64,000 bases of DNA from Alcanivorax sp. (lineage in GTDB: Bacteria > Pseudomonadota > Gammaproteobacteria > Pseudomonadales > Alcanivoracaceae), in NCBI RefSeq assembly GCF_014762765.1, contig NZ_JABURH010000100.1:454-64453 (forward strand), read 5' to 3'. The notes beneath the pieces are model-generated. The model made no database searches. It saw nothing but the letters and a program-made list of their open reading frames with translations, and had not been told where the DNA came from. Each line of letters begins with the position of its first letter. The stretch's first letter is position 1. Both the position numbers and the translations under genes were made by a program. Below, piece by piece: positions 49,658 to 60,434 of this stretch.

Positions 49658-51571
49658 TCAGGCCTGTTGCTTGCTACCCCGCACCCACAACACCACACCC
49701 AACACTACTGCCACAGCCTGTGCAAGCACGCCCTGTACCGTGGGAAAGAAACCCAGCCACTCGATGGTAGGCACGCCCAGGTAATAGGCATTCAATACGC
49801 CTGCTTCCTGCAGGGCGGCAATGCCTCGGCCCAGCAGCACCACCGAGAGCACCAGCAGCACCAGACTGGTCACCCGGAAGAACAGGCTCAGGGGCAGCTT
49901 CATACCAATGCGGAAAAACAGGAAGCAGACCACCGCCAGGGCTGCCACAGCTGCACCGATACCATAAAACAGGAAGGCCTGGGTCGCCGCAGTCACCTGA
50001 CTCCAGAGGGCCTGGTAGAACAGGATGGTTTCGAAGATTTCCCGATACACCGAAATAAAGGATACAAACGTCAACACCCAGATGGTGCCGCTGCCCAGGG
50101 CATCGTCCACCTTGTTGCGGATATACCCCAGCCATTTCTGACTGTGGCTGTTGCTGTGCATCCAGAACCCCACGTAGAACAGGATCAGCGCCGCGACCAC
50201 CCCGGCCACCCCTTCGGTCATTTCCCGGGAGGCGCCACTAAAGGTAATCAGGGAGCTGGCCGCGTACCAGGTCAGGCCACCGGCCACCAGAGCAGCGATC
50301 CAGCCCAGATGAATATGGCGGGTGGCGCTGATCGCATTGGCCTTACGGGTAAAGGTAAGCAGGGCTGCCACCACCAGCAGTGCTTCGAGCCCCTCGCGAA
50401 ACAGAATGAAAAAGCTGGCAGAAAAGGTTGCCGCCGGACTCAGGCCGTCACCGGACAACGCATCCGTTGCTTCAGCCAGGGAGGCGCGCGCAGTCGCCAC
50501 CCGCTCGCTGACAATATCTGCCTGGTGGCTGCGATCAATGGCTTCCCGCACGGCCATGAAATCCGCCTCGGCACGACGCATGAGATCACCATCCACCGCC
50601 GCCAGCTGCTGCTCAATCATCTCGAAACCGTCCAGATAGGCGGACAAAGCCGCGCTGCGGGCGGCCTGCCGATCACCGTTGCGGTACGCCAGCCCGGCTT
50701 CCTTCAAACGCTCATCACTCAAGGCAATAAAGCGGTTTTCGTTGAACAGTGCCGACGGCTCCCGGCGCAGATAGCCCAGGGCTGCATAGGCCTGCTCGCC
50801 CTGCTCTTTCAGCACATCTTCCGGGGCTTGGGCCACCAGGGTGTCCAGGGTCAGGGAGGTCTTCATGCCTGGAATCGTGTTGAAAGCCGCCTTCCCGGTT
50901 TCGGCCATCTCATCGCTGACCGCTTTTGCGCCCACGTAGAACGCCAGAGCCCAGCGATCCTCATCTCTGAGGGTATCCCCGTAAGCCGCCATGCCGGTGC
51001 CATCAACGCCCTGAGTGATGGTGGTATGCAGACCCAGTAAGGAGCGGCCGTTGTAGCGGGCCACTTCGGTAAAATCGGTGGGCGCCGGTTCCATTGCCGC
51101 GCCAGCAGGCCCATCGCCGCGCCCCTCGGCACCATGACAGGCGGCGCACTGGTTTTGATACAGCTCGGCCGCTCGCTCCAGATCCGGCACCACTTTTGGT
51201 GACACCGGGATACCATAAACGGTGACCAGAGTGGCACGGATAGACTGAGCCAGCGTCTTGATACGCGGTTCCCCGGCCTTGTCGGTCACCGCCTGCTGCA
51301 GGGCTTCTGCCTGATCCTGCAGGCCTTGTTTTCCCTCAGCATCCGGCAGCTGTGCTACCCCTTCCGCCAACAGGCTCGTGAACTCCTCCATCTCGGCATA
51401 TTCTTCCGGGCTGACGATAACGCCACCCTCTACCGCATTGATGTAATCCGCGCCCACGTATTCCACCAACTGCACCAGGGCGGTCTGGTTGCTGGCAAAG
51501 GCGGGCAGGCAAAGGAAGATAAGTGAAGTCAGAACGGCGGCGAGGCGCCCCGGAGCGGGAACTGCAGTCAT
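49658..51571 (-). CDS. cytochrome c-FTR1 fusion iron permease (PbrT-like)
   Basis: Signal peptide, CAACH heme site, and REGLE and REIFE motifs. Confidence 0.9.
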   Translation of the reverse strand: MTAVPAPGRLAAVLTSLIFLCLPAFASNQTALVQLVEYVGADYINAVEGGVIVSPEEYAEMEEFTSLLAEGVAQLPDAEGKQGLQDQAEALQQAVTDKAGEPRIKTLAQSIRATLVTVYGIPVSPKVVPDLERAAELYQNQCAACHGAEGRGDGPAGAAMEPAPTDFTEVARYNGRSLLGLHTTITQGVDGTGMAAYGDTLRDEDRWALAFYVGAKAVSDEMAETGKAAFNTIPGMKTSLTLDTLVAQAPEDVLKEQGEQAYAALGYLRREPSALFNENRFIALSDERLKEAGLAYRNGDRQAARSAALSAYLDGFEMIEQQLAAVDGDLMRRAEADFMAVREAIDRSHQADIVSERVATARASLAEATDALSGDGLSPAATFSASFFILFREGLEALLVVAALLTFTRKANAISATRHIHLGWIAALVAGGLTWYAASSLITFSGASREMTEGVAGVVAALILFYVGFWMHSNSHSQKWLGYIRNKVDDALGSGTIWVLTFVSFISVYREIFETILFYQALWSQVTAATQAFLFYGIGAAVAALAVVCFLFFRIGMKLPLSLFFRVTSLVLLVLSVVLLGRGIAALQEAGVLNAYYLGVPTIEWLGFFPTVQGVLAQAVAVVLGVVLWVRGSKQQA

Positions 51572-51598
51572 GAAAATGAATCCGGTTCATTTTGAAAA

Positions 51599-51618
51599 GG
51601 AGAGTCATTATCATTTAT
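51599..51618. promoter_or_regulatory. putative Fur box
   Basis: GGAGAGTCATTATCATTTAT (minus strand AATGATAATGACTCTC), ~30 nt upstream of the FTR1 gene. Confidence 0.6.
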
Positions 51619-51664
51619 ATGCAGCGCGCCATCAAGGACCGCATAGCAATAGAAATGCGACGTT

Positions 51665-52333
51665 TCAGCCGACGGTAAATGCCAGCACCTTGCTGATATG
51701 CGCCTGGGGCCAACCACTCTCTTTTTGCCAGACGTTGAACGCGGCCTGGGCAGCCCGCTGGTCGCGCTGGCTGGCCGGTGGCTTGTCGATGATGTTCTGG
51801 GCCTTCAGGGCAGCGATAACATCCCCCGTTGGGTACCAGGTGTCACGCCCCACCATGCGCAGAAAAGCCGCCCCGGAGTTGCCTCCCAGTTGCTTACCGC
51901 GCTTCTTGAGCAGCAGCCACATGCCCACGGTGTCATCGGCCGGCCAGTCCGCCAGCCAGTTGCCTACGCTGCCGTACTCCTCGGCAAGATCGAGCACCAG
52001 CTGAGCATTGTGCCGAATGGCTTTCATTTTCCCCCAGTGCCGGATCAAACGGGTGTCTTGCATACGCTCGTCCAGCATGGTGTCCGGCATCAGCACCAAC
52101 TTTTCCGGGTCAAAGCCGAAAAACGCTTCCTCGAAAGCCGGCCACTTGTTGTCCACCAGGGAATGCTTGAGCCCGGCCCGGAAAATGCGTCGGGTCAGGG
52201 CGGAAAGATAGAAAGCATCATCGCGGCTGCGCAGCATATCTGCATCCGCCACGGTGGGCAGCTGCCCCTTGACGGCCTGCAGAGAGCCTTTGCGGTTCAC
52301 CGCCAGGGCCAACAAATCCTTGAATGGGGTCAC
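51665..52333 (-). CDS. DNA-3-methyladenine glycosylase I family protein
   Basis: GTG start at 52333. IFRAGLKHSLVDNKWPAFEEAF and IRHWGK. The longer computed ORF overlaps alaA antisense. Confidence 0.75.
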   Translation of the reverse strand: MTPFKDLLALAVNRKGSLQAVKGQLPTVADADMLRSRDDAFYLSALTRRIFRAGLKHSLVDNKWPAFEEAFFGFDPEKLVLMPDTMLDERMQDTRLIRHWGKMKAIRHNAQLVLDLAEEYGSVGNWLADWPADDTVGMWLLLKKRGKQLGGNSGAAFLRMVGRDTWYPTGDVIAALKAQNIIDKPPASQRDQRAAQAAFNVWQKESGWPQAHISKVLAFTVG

Positions 52334-52438
52334 AGTGTGCTCCGGTAAAGTCAGGAAGCCAGAGGTTCCCTTGATATACAGTAATTTAGCGACATTGTAG
52401 AATCGGTGGCTTGCGCTATCCAATTGAACAGGACCGGC

Positions 52439-53668
52439 ATGACAATCGACCAATACCACGTCAACAAATCCGACAAACTGCGCGGCGTATGTTACGACAT
52501 CCGCGGCCCGGTGCTGCGTGAAGCTCACCGCCTGGAAGACGAAGGCCATCGAGTGATCAAGCTGAACATTGGCAATCCGGCCCCGTTCGGCTTCGAGGCA
52601 CCGGAAGAGCTGCTTCAGGACGTGATCAGCAACCTGCCGGAATCCACCGGTTACTGCCACTCCAAGGGCCTGTTCCCGGCACGAAAAGCGGTCATGCAGT
52701 ATACCCAAACCAAGGGCATTGAAGGCGTCACCGTAGACGATGTGATCATCGGCAACGGCGTCTCCGAGCTGATTGTCATGTCCATGCAGGCCCTGCTCAA
52801 CAGCGGCGACGAAGTGCTGTTGCCGGCCCCGGATTACCCTCTCTGGACCGCTGCCGTTCGCATGTCCGGTGGCACCCCGGTTCACTATTTGTGTGATGAA
52901 CAGCAAGACTGGCAACCGTCACTGGAAGATATCCGTGCCAAGGTGAACAAGAACACCAAGGCCCTGGTGATCATCAACCCGAACAACCCCACAGGCGCCA
53001 ACTATGAACCGGCCATGTTGCAGGAGTTGTTGCAGATTGCCCGGGAGAACAACCTGATCGTGTTCGCCGACGAGATCTACGACAAGATCCTCTACGACGG
53101 CGAAGAGCACACCTCTATCGCCTCCATGGCCGACGATCTTCTGTTTATAACGTTCAACGGCCTGTCAAAAAATTATCGCGCCGCCGGTTTCCGTGCTGGC
53201 TGGATGGTGATCTCAGGCGCAAAACACCGTGCAGAAAGTTATATCGAAGGCCTGGATATGCTGGCCAGCATGCGCCTGTGCGCCAACGTGCCCAGCCAGC
53301 ATGCCATTCAGACGGCTCTGGGTGGGTATCAGAGCATTGGTGATTTGGTGCTGCCCACCGGGCGCCTGGGGCGCCAGCGTGATCTGGCCTGGGAAATGCT
53401 CGATTCCATTCCCGGGGTCAGTTGTGTGAAACCCAAATCTGCCCTGTATCTGTTCCCGAAACTGGACCCGAAGGTCTTTCCCTTCGAGGATGATGAAGCC
53501 TTTGCCTTGGATTTACTGCGCGAAGAAAAGGTCTTGATCGTCCAGGGCACCGCCTTCAACTGGCCAGACCCGGATCACTTCCGCGTGGTCTTCCTGCCTC
53601 GGGTGGATGATCTTGAAGATTCCATCGGCCGCATTGCCCGTTATCTTGATCGGGCAAGAAAAAAATAA
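52439..53668 (+). CDS. alaA: alanine transaminase (class I PLP aminotransferase)
   Basis: YDIRGPV, KLNIGNPA, NPNNPTG, DEIYD and NGLSKNYR. Confidence 0.9.
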   Translation: MTIDQYHVNKSDKLRGVCYDIRGPVLREAHRLEDEGHRVIKLNIGNPAPFGFEAPEELLQDVISNLPESTGYCHSKGLFPARKAVMQYTQTKGIEGVTVDDVIIGNGVSELIVMSMQALLNSGDEVLLPAPDYPLWTAAVRMSGGTPVHYLCDEQQDWQPSLEDIRAKVNKNTKALVIINPNNPTGANYEPAMLQELLQIARENNLIVFADEIYDKILYDGEEHTSIASMADDLLFITFNGLSKNYRAAGFRAGWMVISGAKHRAESYIEGLDMLASMRLCANVPSQHAIQTALGGYQSIGDLVLPTGRLGRQRDLAWEMLDSIPGVSCVKPKSALYLFPKLDPKVFPFEDDEAFALDLLREEKVLIVQGTAFNWPDPDHFRVVFLPRVDDLEDSIGRIARYLDRARKK

Positions 53669-53692
53669 CAGGGATTCATGCCCGAACCGACT

Positions 53693-53723
53693 GGTGGGCG
53701 CGTCTCTAGGCGCCGCGCCCACC
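53693..53723. repeat. 10-bp inverted repeat hairpin
   Basis: GGTGGGCGCG-N11-CGCGCCCACC downstream of alaA. Confidence 0.5.
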
Positions 53724-53741
53724 GTTGCCTGAGAGCCGCCC

Positions 53742-54257
53742 ATGTCACACCTGCACATCGACGACTTCAGTCACGACGTTGCCCGCATTCTAATGCAGGC
53801 CTATATGAGCTTCCCTCGCCCTGGCGCGCTGTACGTTGAAGACATTATCGGACCCACGGAGATGGACGATGTGGGATTGCACAGCAGCCGTCATATGGCC
53901 TGCCTGGGCGCCATGCTGTGGCTGGCGGAAGAAGGGCTGCTGCGTTATGAGGCGACAATCTTTCAGGAAGGTATTGAGCAGGCAGTACTGACTAACAAAA
54001 CTTTTGTGCTACTGACTGCCATCAGTGAACTACGCTTCGACAACACCGACCCGGCCCTCCCCGCCACCGTAAAACACGAGAAGGCAACTCTTGCCGAACA
54101 GTTCCTGCAGGCCATCCGTGCGCAGGATTCGGTGCGAACAACGGCTGTGGTACGTTATCTGTTATCACGGAACCCGGAGCCGGTACAGGCCGAAGAGTTT
54201 GCCGATCTAATCAAACAGGATGGCAGCCAGCACTTCGTCACCGAAGACGGCCTTTAA
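53742..54257 (+). CDS. conserved hypothetical protein
   Basis: 171-aa ORF filling the gap. LHIDDF...FPR...LYVEDI and WLAEEG segments. Confidence 0.65.
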   Translation: MSHLHIDDFSHDVARILMQAYMSFPRPGALYVEDIIGPTEMDDVGLHSSRHMACLGAMLWLAEEGLLRYEATIFQEGIEQAVLTNKTFVLLTAISELRFDNTDPALPATVKHEKATLAEQFLQAIRAQDSVRTTAVVRYLLSRNPEPVQAEEFADLIKQDGSQHFVTEDGL

Positions 54258-54276
54258 TCCCCTTCCTTTGCCGATG

Positions 54277-54315
54277 CGTAGGGTGCACTGAGCCGAAGAC
54301 GGACTGCACCCTACG
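54277..54315. repeat. GTAG-type REP hairpin
   Basis: CGTAGGGTGCA-N17-TGCACCCTACG between convergent genes. Confidence 0.65.
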
Positions 54316-54351
54316 GAGGCTATTGCGAATACAGTAGCCAGCGATCTGGCC

Positions 54352-55284
54352 TCAACTATCAAGTTCTGCCGGGCGCCGGTAATGATAATGCACAGTCTTC
54401 AAGGCCGGTTCCTCCGCTTCGTCGAAGCCCGGAGCTCCCGGTAACCGTCCTGCCCGTTCCGCCCCCGGCAGATTCTCCTCGATACAGGTTTCCAGCCATT
54501 CATAGTCCAGCCAGGGGGCATTCACACAGGCCAGGATCTCCGCTTGCGGGGCCAACAGCCTGTGCAGTTTCCTCAACACTTTGGGGTAATCCTTCTCCAC
54601 CATGAAACTGCCCTTCTGGGCGCTGGGGGGATCAATCACGATAATGTCGTAACGGCCCAGGCTGTGGAGTTTTTTCCAGCTGCGGAAGATGTTGTGTGGC
54701 AGGTAATGCACCTTGGCATTCTCGAATCCGTTGAGCCCATGATTCTGCTGTCCCAGTCTGAGCGCGGGGTCGGAGAGATCAATATTCACCACGGATTCGG
54801 CTCCACCGGCCAGGGCCGCCACGGAAAAACTGCAGGTAAAGCTGAACAGGTTGAGGACTTTCTTGCCCTCGGCGCGCTCACGAATCCAGCGCCGCCCTTG
54901 CGCCATATCGGCAAAAAAACCCAGATTCTGTCCGCGCTGGAAATCCAGCTTGTAGACCAGCCCATCCTCCTGCGCCAGCGGCGAAGCGGGCAGTTCCCCA
55001 CACACCAGCACATTCTCCGCTCTGCCGTCATATCGATGCTGGACGACCAGAGTGTCACAGCCCAGGGCGACCAGTGATTTTGTCAGGCAGGCCTCCAGCG
55101 CTTTCAGCATGGCCTCGTCCTGGGCACGGAATACCGTGGCCACCAGTACCGGCGCAAAGCTGTCGATGGTCAGCCACTCCAGGGCCGGCACAGTTTTTCC
55201 CCGGCCGTGGAAAAGGCGGTGGCGTGGTTGCGTGCGGGGAACCAGATAAGGGGAAAGCAGGTCTGACAGTTCGGAGGGTTGCAT
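54352..55284 (-). CDS. class I SAM-dependent methyltransferase (RlmI/RlmK-like)
   Basis: [21 protein letters not shown] and IVIDPP. Confidence 0.85.
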   Translation of the reverse strand: MQPSELSDLLSPYLVPRTQPRHRLFHGRGKTVPALEWLTIDSFAPVLVATVFRAQDEAMLKALEACLTKSLVALGCDTLVVQHRYDGRAENVLVCGELPASPLAQEDGLVYKLDFQRGQNLGFFADMAQGRRWIRERAEGKKVLNLFSFTCSFSVAALAGGAESVVNIDLSDPALRLGQQNHGLNGFENAKVHYLPHNIFRSWKKLHSLGRYDIIVIDPPSAQKGSFMVEKDYPKVLRKLHRLLAPQAEILACVNAPWLDYEWLETCIEENLPGAERAGRLPGAPGFDEAEEPALKTVHYHYRRPAELDS

Positions 55285-55393
55285 AGGACCGGGAGTGCAT
55301 GTGGCGGGTAAATTTTGCCGCGCAGTATACCTTGCCTTCACGCCCCTCGCCCCCATAATCAAGTTTTCCGATGAAACGTGGAGACAACCGACG

Positions 55394-56290
55394 ATGATGC
55401 GCATTGCGCTTTATCTACTGACCAACCTGGCGGTGATTGTGGTCGCCAGCATTACCCTGAGCCTGCTCGGGGTGAATTCCTATTTTGCCGCCAGCGGTTC
55501 CGGGCTGGACCTGACCAGCCTGCTGATTTTCAGTGCCGTATTCGGTTTTGCCGGCTCGCTGATTTCCCTGTTGATCTCCAAGCCCATGGCCAAATGGTCT
55601 GCGCGGGTGAAGATCATCGAGCAACCCGGCAATGACGCTGAGCGTTGGCTGCTGCAGACCGTTAAAGAGCTGTCTGACAAGGCTGGCATCAAAATGCCGG
55701 AAGTGGGTATTTTCCCGGCCCAGCAATCCAATGCCTTTGCCACCGGGTGGAACAAGAATGACGCTCTGGTAGCGGTTTCCCAGGGTCTGCTGTCCCGCTT
55801 CCGCCCGGAAGAAGTGCGCGCGGTATTGGCCCATGAAATCGGCCATGTGGCCAATGGCGACATGGTTACCCTGAGCCTGGTACAAGGCGTGGTGAACACC
55901 TTCGTCATCTTTGCCGCCCGCGTGGTGGGCTATGTGGTGGACAGCTTCATGCGCCGTGACGGCGGTGGCGGTCTGGGTTTCGGTTACTACATTGTGGTGA
56001 TCGTGGCGGAGATCATCTTCGGTATCGCTGCCAGCGCCATTGTCATGTGGTTCTCGCGCTTTCGGGAATACCGGGCCGATGTGGCCGGCGCCCAGCTGGC
56101 AGACCGCCGCGACATGATCTCGGCCCTGCAACGGCTGAAGGCGGAATCCCAGATGCCCAACCAGATGCCCGACACCCTGGTTGCCTTCGGTATCAACTCC
56201 GGCCTCGCCAGGGGCCTGAAAGCGTTGTTTGCTTCTCACCCGCCGCTGGATGATCGTATTGCCGCGCTGCAGGAGAAGCGGCACGGGTGA
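55394..56290 (+). CDS. htpX: membrane zinc protease HtpX
   Basis: [21 protein letters not shown] and [10 protein letters not shown]. Confidence 0.96.
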   Translation: MMRIALYLLTNLAVIVVASITLSLLGVNSYFAASGSGLDLTSLLIFSAVFGFAGSLISLLISKPMAKWSARVKIIEQPGNDAERWLLQTVKELSDKAGIKMPEVGIFPAQQSNAFATGWNKNDALVAVSQGLLSRFRPEEVRAVLAHEIGHVANGDMVTLSLVQGVVNTFVIFAARVVGYVVDSFMRRDGGGGLGFGYYIVVIVAEIIFGIAASAIVMWFSRFREYRADVAGAQLADRRDMISALQRLKAESQMPNQMPDTLVAFGINSGLARGLKALFASHPPLDDRIAALQEKRHG

Positions 56291-56294
56291 GAGG

Positions 56295-56384
56295 CAATTG
56301 AAAATTGATAATGAATAATTGATAACGAAAGAGGCGCCCAATCAAAGCGCCTCTTTTTTTGTTTTAGCTATCAATTGTCAATTA
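56295..56384. repeat. inverted AATTGA heptamer arrays flanking a terminator
   Basis: CAATTGA AAATTGA TAATGAA TAATTGA TAACGAA ... TATCAATTGTCAATTA. Confidence 0.8.
56328..56360. terminator. intrinsic terminator of htpX
   Basis: AAAGAGGCGC-N9-GCGCCTCTTTTTTT. Confidence 0.85.
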
Positions 56385-57516
56385 AGGCTGCCTCCGTACT
56401 CACCCGATACAACACCTGATCCTCATAACCGGTAGTCACCGGCCACAATCCGCATAACTCCCGATCGAGTTCCGCGTCGCCGGTATCTACCACCAGCGGA
56501 CGCCCTTCCAGGGTTTTCAGTTTGGTGCGGCTGGCGAGAATATGAATGTTATCCTTGCCCAGGCGGCGAATCAGGGCCGGGCTGAACTGCTGGTTGCCAC
56601 GACCGAACAGGTGGCCCTGGCCGCCGATAACGGTAATAACCGCCCGGGCCGGAGTATCTCCGATCTGCTCCAGCAAGGCCCGTGCTCCCAGGTCCCGACC
56701 TACCACTTCGTAGTTGTAGACCAGGTCCACCCCCAACAGCGTGTTTTCCAGACCCAGCTGCTCCATCACCAGCGCCACGGTGGAACCGGACCCCATCAGA
56801 TAATAGGTATCGTCTTCAAGACTGTCCGCCATCCAGGCGGCAACTTCGGTAACCACCAGATCTTCCACTTCCCGTCCGCCACACTTGACCTGCTGCAGGT
56901 AACGGGCTTCGGCCGGGACCTGTAGTTCACCGTAATGGCGAGCGCGAACGACACCTTCTCGAAACGCTACCTCATCAATATCACGGACTTCAGCCAGTTC
57001 AAGGCCCACCAGTTCGCCACTAGCCAGCTCTGCCAACAGGCTGCCGGCCGCCTCTGGATTTATGGCGTAAACCGCAGAATGCATCTTGCAGCCGGCAGGC
57101 ACGCCCAGTACCGGCGTTCCCTGGCCCAACACATCCACCAGATCCCGGGCCGTACCGTCCCCACCAGCGAACAGAATCAGCTCGGCACCGGCGCTTTTCA
57201 GGGCCTCCGCTGCCCGACGTGTGTCCTGGGGGCCGCTGGGCATGGTGGACTCACCAACCACCTGGCAAGGCAATCCTGCTTCCCGGCAACTTGTCTCCCC
57301 CATCTCGCCGGCCCAGGTCAGTACTGTCAGGTTCTTGGCGCCGGACAAGGCCTTGAGTGCACGCCTCATACGGGCAGGCGCCTGCGGCTCGGCTCCCCGT
57401 CGCAGGGCCTCTTCACGGGTTGCCTCCCCATCACTCCCTTTCAGAGCCACGCTGCCACCGAGCCCCGCGTAAGGGTTTACCAGCACACCGAGACAGAGAC
57501 TTTGGTCGACTTTCAT
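56371..57516 (-). CDS. ATP-NAD kinase family protein
   Basis: VNPYAGLGG, FAGGDGTARD, GVPAGCKMHS and GRGNQQFS. Confidence 0.8.
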   Translation of the reverse strand: MKVDQSLCLGVLVNPYAGLGGSVALKGSDGEATREEALRRGAEPQAPARMRRALKALSGAKNLTVLTWAGEMGETSCREAGLPCQVVGESTMPSGPQDTRRAAEALKSAGAELILFAGGDGTARDLVDVLGQGTPVLGVPAGCKMHSAVYAINPEAAGSLLAELASGELVGLELAEVRDIDEVAFREGVVRARHYGELQVPAEARYLQQVKCGGREVEDLVVTEVAAWMADSLEDDTYYLMGSGSTVALVMEQLGLENTLLGVDLVYNYEVVGRDLGARALLEQIGDTPARAVITVIGGQGHLFGRGNQQFSPALIRRLGKDNIHILASRTKLKTLEGRPLVVDTGDAELDRELCGLWPVTTGYEDQVLYRVSTEAALIDN

Positions 57517-57613
57517 AAAGTGGTCATATCCAGATACAAAAATGGCATTGCTGTCCACAAGGGGCAGCCCCTAAATGAACGACTCAATCATGCATATTTA
57601 CAGGGATGCAGCC

Positions 57614-57790
57614 ATGAACCTAGACAGCCAGCAACCCGGCAACAATTTCCACGGTGGCGCCATCATTGATGAACAAGGCCGGGAAATACCCATTACCGAG
57701 GCTATGATCCAGCAGGCATTTCAACGCCTGGAAAAAAGCTGGCAGCCCCCTGCCCAGTCACTCAACTCCGGGCGAAAAGCTGGCGCATAA
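57614..57790 (+). CDS. small protein, PA1571-like
   Basis: 58 aa. [22 protein letters not shown] motif. Confidence 0.65.
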   Translation: MNLDSQQPGNNFHGGAIIDEQGREIPITEAMIQQAFQRLEKSWQPPAQSLNSGRKAGA

Positions 57791-58877
57791 TCGGTTGCCA
57801 TGGTGCGGCGATCTCGCCCTGGTAGTGCCAGTTATGCAGCTCGTGGCGCACCGGGTACTGCTTGCGCAATTGGTCAAAGGCCCTGCCCGGGTCGGCTGAG
57901 GTCAGGCTGTCTCCCAAACGCTGATGATCCTCCGATAACCGATACGCCACCTGCAACACCCTGAGCAGATCCCTCTCGTTTGCCACCGGCAGCTCAATGA
58001 TCTCGTTGCTGGCTGACACCGGCGCCGGTTCAGCCTTCACATCCAGCCACTTGCAGAACGCCTGATAGAGCAACTCTGTCCCCTTGAGCTTGCCTTCCGC
58101 GCTGTAGCCCGCGATATGCGGCGATCCCAACAGCACCCGCTCAAACAGCAAGGGCGGCACCAGGGGTTCGCTTTCCCAGACATCCAGAATCGTTGCCGGC
58201 CCCCGGCCTGCCTGTAGATTCGACAATAACGCCCCGTTATCGATCACCGCCCCCCGGCAGGTATTGATCAGCATCTGCGATTCAGACAGCCGCGACAGCC
58301 GGCGCGTATCCAGCAGATGCCGGGTGGCATGGTCACCTCTGTCTGTCAGCGGCACATGCAAGGTGATCAGGTCCGCATCAAGCACGGCATCCAGCGGCTC
58401 CAGCTCGTAGGGTCCCTCATAGCCCTGTTCCGCCAGTGGTGGGTCACAGGCTCGCACGCTCATTCCCATCTCAGTCAACCAGTCAGCCACCCGGTGTCCC
58501 ACATTGCCCAGCCCAACCACCGCCGCCGTTGACCCACGTGGGGAACGGTTGCCAGCCTGACAGAGCAATAGCAATGCCTGGAGCACATACTCCGCCACCG
58601 CCCGGGCATTACAACCCGGCGCGTGGGCGAAATGGATGCCCTGCTGTTGCAGATAGGCCAGGTCGACATGGTCGGTGCCGATCGTCGCCGACCCCACAAA
58701 ACGCACCCGGGACCCTGCCAGCAGACCCGCATCCACCCGGGTCACCGAGCGCACCAGCAACACCTCCGCCTGCCCCAGCTGCTGCCGGGTCAGGCTGCGA
58801 CCATCAACCCGGGTCACGGTGCCCATAGCTTCAAAGGGCTCCAGGCCCGGCATGTTGGCATCGGCAATAATCTGCAT
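57762..58877 (-). CDS. pdxB: 4-phosphoerythronate dehydrogenase
   Basis: LLVRSVT, ATIGTDH, HAPGCNA and [12 protein letters not shown]. Confidence 0.93.
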   Translation of the reverse strand: MQIIADANMPGLEPFEAMGTVTRVDGRSLTRQQLGQAEVLLVRSVTRVDAGLLAGSRVRFVGSATIGTDHVDLAYLQQQGIHFAHAPGCNARAVAEYVLQALLLLCQAGNRSPRGSTAAVVGLGNVGHRVADWLTEMGMSVRACDPPLAEQGYEGPYELEPLDAVLDADLITLHVPLTDRGDHATRHLLDTRRLSRLSESQMLINTCRGAVIDNGALLSNLQAGRGPATILDVWESEPLVPPLLFERVLLGSPHIAGYSAEGKLKGTELLYQAFCKWLDVKAEPAPVSASNEIIELPVANERDLLRVLQVAYRLSEDHQRLGDSLTSADPGRAFDQLRKQYPVRHELHNWHYQGEIAAPWQPIMRQLFARS

Positions 58878-58888
58878 CGGTTTTCCTG

Positions 58889-59749
58889 TCAGCGGGTGGT
58901 GAGCAGGCGGCGGGCGGTGTCATCCACTGCCCGGGCATACTGTCCACCGAAAAGGTTGTAGTGATTCAGCCAGTGATACAGGTCATACACTGGCCAGGCC
59001 TGGTATCTCAAGGTAGTGGGATACTCCGCCTGATAGCCCTGATAGAACGCCGCCGGCACACCGCCAAACAGGTTCAACATGGCCAGATCCACCTGCGGAT
59101 CGCCATGATAACAGGCCGGATCGTAGAACACTGGCTCGCCATTTACTTGGCCCAGGTTGCCCTGCCACAGATCACCATGCACCAGGGCACAGGGCGGCCG
59201 GGAAGGCAGCCAGCGGTCCAGCTGCTCGATAACCTGCCCGGTCCGCTCTGCGGCCTGTGCCGGCAGCCCCCTCTCACGCGCCCGTTGCAGTTGGGGCGTC
59301 AACCTTTCGTTGGCAAAAAAGGCGACCCAGTCGCTGTGATCCGCGTTGCTTTGCAGACTGGCACCGATAAAGTTGTCCGGGTGACTGCCGTACCGGGCAG
59401 GCCCTTCAACCCGGTGCAGGCGACCCAGCGACGCTCCGGCGGCTATCCACTGGCGGCTGCCCGTCAGGGAGGCAATGGGCAGGTACTCAAGAATCAGCAC
59501 CCCGCCCTCACTGGCAGAATAACAATGCACTACCCGGGGAACGCTCAGGCGTGCTGCCAGTGCCTCCAGGCCGCGCGCTTCCGCTTCCAGCAGCAGAGGA
59601 TTGCGATGCTGCTTGACAAAATAACGACTCACTCCACCCTCAAGTAGGCCACTACGGGCGGTGTCACCACCGCCAACCGGCGTCAGAGTCCAATCCCCCT
59701 GCAAACCAGCCTGATTCAAGGCCTGCCGCACTAATACTGGCAATTTCAT
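58889..59749 (-). CDS. fructosamine kinase family protein
   Basis: [19 protein letters not shown] and [15 protein letters not shown]. Confidence 0.88.
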   Translation of the reverse strand: MKLPVLVRQALNQAGLQGDWTLTPVGGGDTARSGLLEGGVSRYFVKQHRNPLLLEAEARGLEALAARLSVPRVVHCYSASEGGVLILEYLPIASLTGSRQWIAAGASLGRLHRVEGPARYGSHPDNFIGASLQSNADHSDWVAFFANERLTPQLQRARERGLPAQAAERTGQVIEQLDRWLPSRPPCALVHGDLWQGNLGQVNGEPVFYDPACYHGDPQVDLAMLNLFGGVPAAFYQGYQAEYPTTLRYQAWPVYDLYHWLNHYNLFGGQYARAVDDTARRLLTTR

Positions 59750-59884
59750 AGCAATTAAACGCAACTCCTTGACTATAGAAGCCACCAAAATCGGATCTCA
59801 CGGCCAATAATGACTGACTGTTCCCCTTGATTTAAGGCATTCTTCTGATTACAACTAGGCACTACGCCAGCCGGGTTACCGGCC

Positions 59885-59900
59885 AATAACAACAACACAA
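59885..59900 (+). promoter_or_regulatory. A-rich leader motif (putative Hfq/Crc site)
   Basis: AATAACAACAACACAA, 15 nt upstream of ATG 59916, fitting AAnAAnAA. Confidence 0.45.
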
Positions 59901-59915
59901 AGCGATCGCCACCCC

Positions 59916-60434
59916 ATGAAAGCACTCTTGCCCTTGTGCGGCGCCTTCCTTGTCGGCCTGTGTACGGTCGCCATCGCCGCCGATGATGATGGTCTGTCCG
60001 AGCAGATCCGCCAGCTGAAAAGCGAAGCCCTGGACCTGAACCGGGATCTCACCCTGCTGGAGCAGGAACTACTTTATGCCACTCCACAAACCAGCATCTT
60101 TGTTTCCGTGGATGTGGGCACTCCGATTCGTCTGGTCGACATCAACCTGACTATCGATGGCGAACATGTGGGTTACCACTTCTACAGCGATCAGGAATTC
60201 GAAGCTCTCACCAAGGGCGGCATCCAGCGTCTTTATACCGGCAACCTGGCCAGTGGTCGTCATGTCATGGAAGCCACCATCACCGGCTACGATCCGCTGG
60301 GCAAGGATTACCAGAAAACCACCAGTTACACCTTCACCAAGGGGGCCGGCAAGAAAATGGTGGAGATGCAGGTGGTAGACGACCTGAACAAGCAACAGCA
60401 CAAGTTTGAATTCCGTGAGTGGAACCAGCAATGA
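59916..60434 (+). CDS. exported hypothetical protein (coiled coil plus beta domain)
   Basis: Signal peptide. Stop overlaps the next start (ATGA). Confidence 0.75.
   Translation: MKALLPLCGAFLVGLCTVAIAADDDGLSEQIRQLKSEALDLNRDLTLLEQELLYATPQTSIFVSVDVGTPIRLVDINLTIDGEHVGYHFYSDQEFEALTKGGIQRLYTGNLASGRHVMEATITGYDPLGKDYQKTTSYTFTKGAGKKMVEMQVVDDLNKQQHKFEFREWNQQ

Noticed and set aside
52334-52915. N-terminal extension of the glycosylase ORF
   Set aside because: It overlaps alaA on the opposite strand. The recognisable domain starts at about 52333.
54241-54302. CCGAAGACGG direct repeat as a target-site duplication
   Set aside because: One copy is inside the REP loop rather than flanking the element, so the geometry does not fit a TSD.
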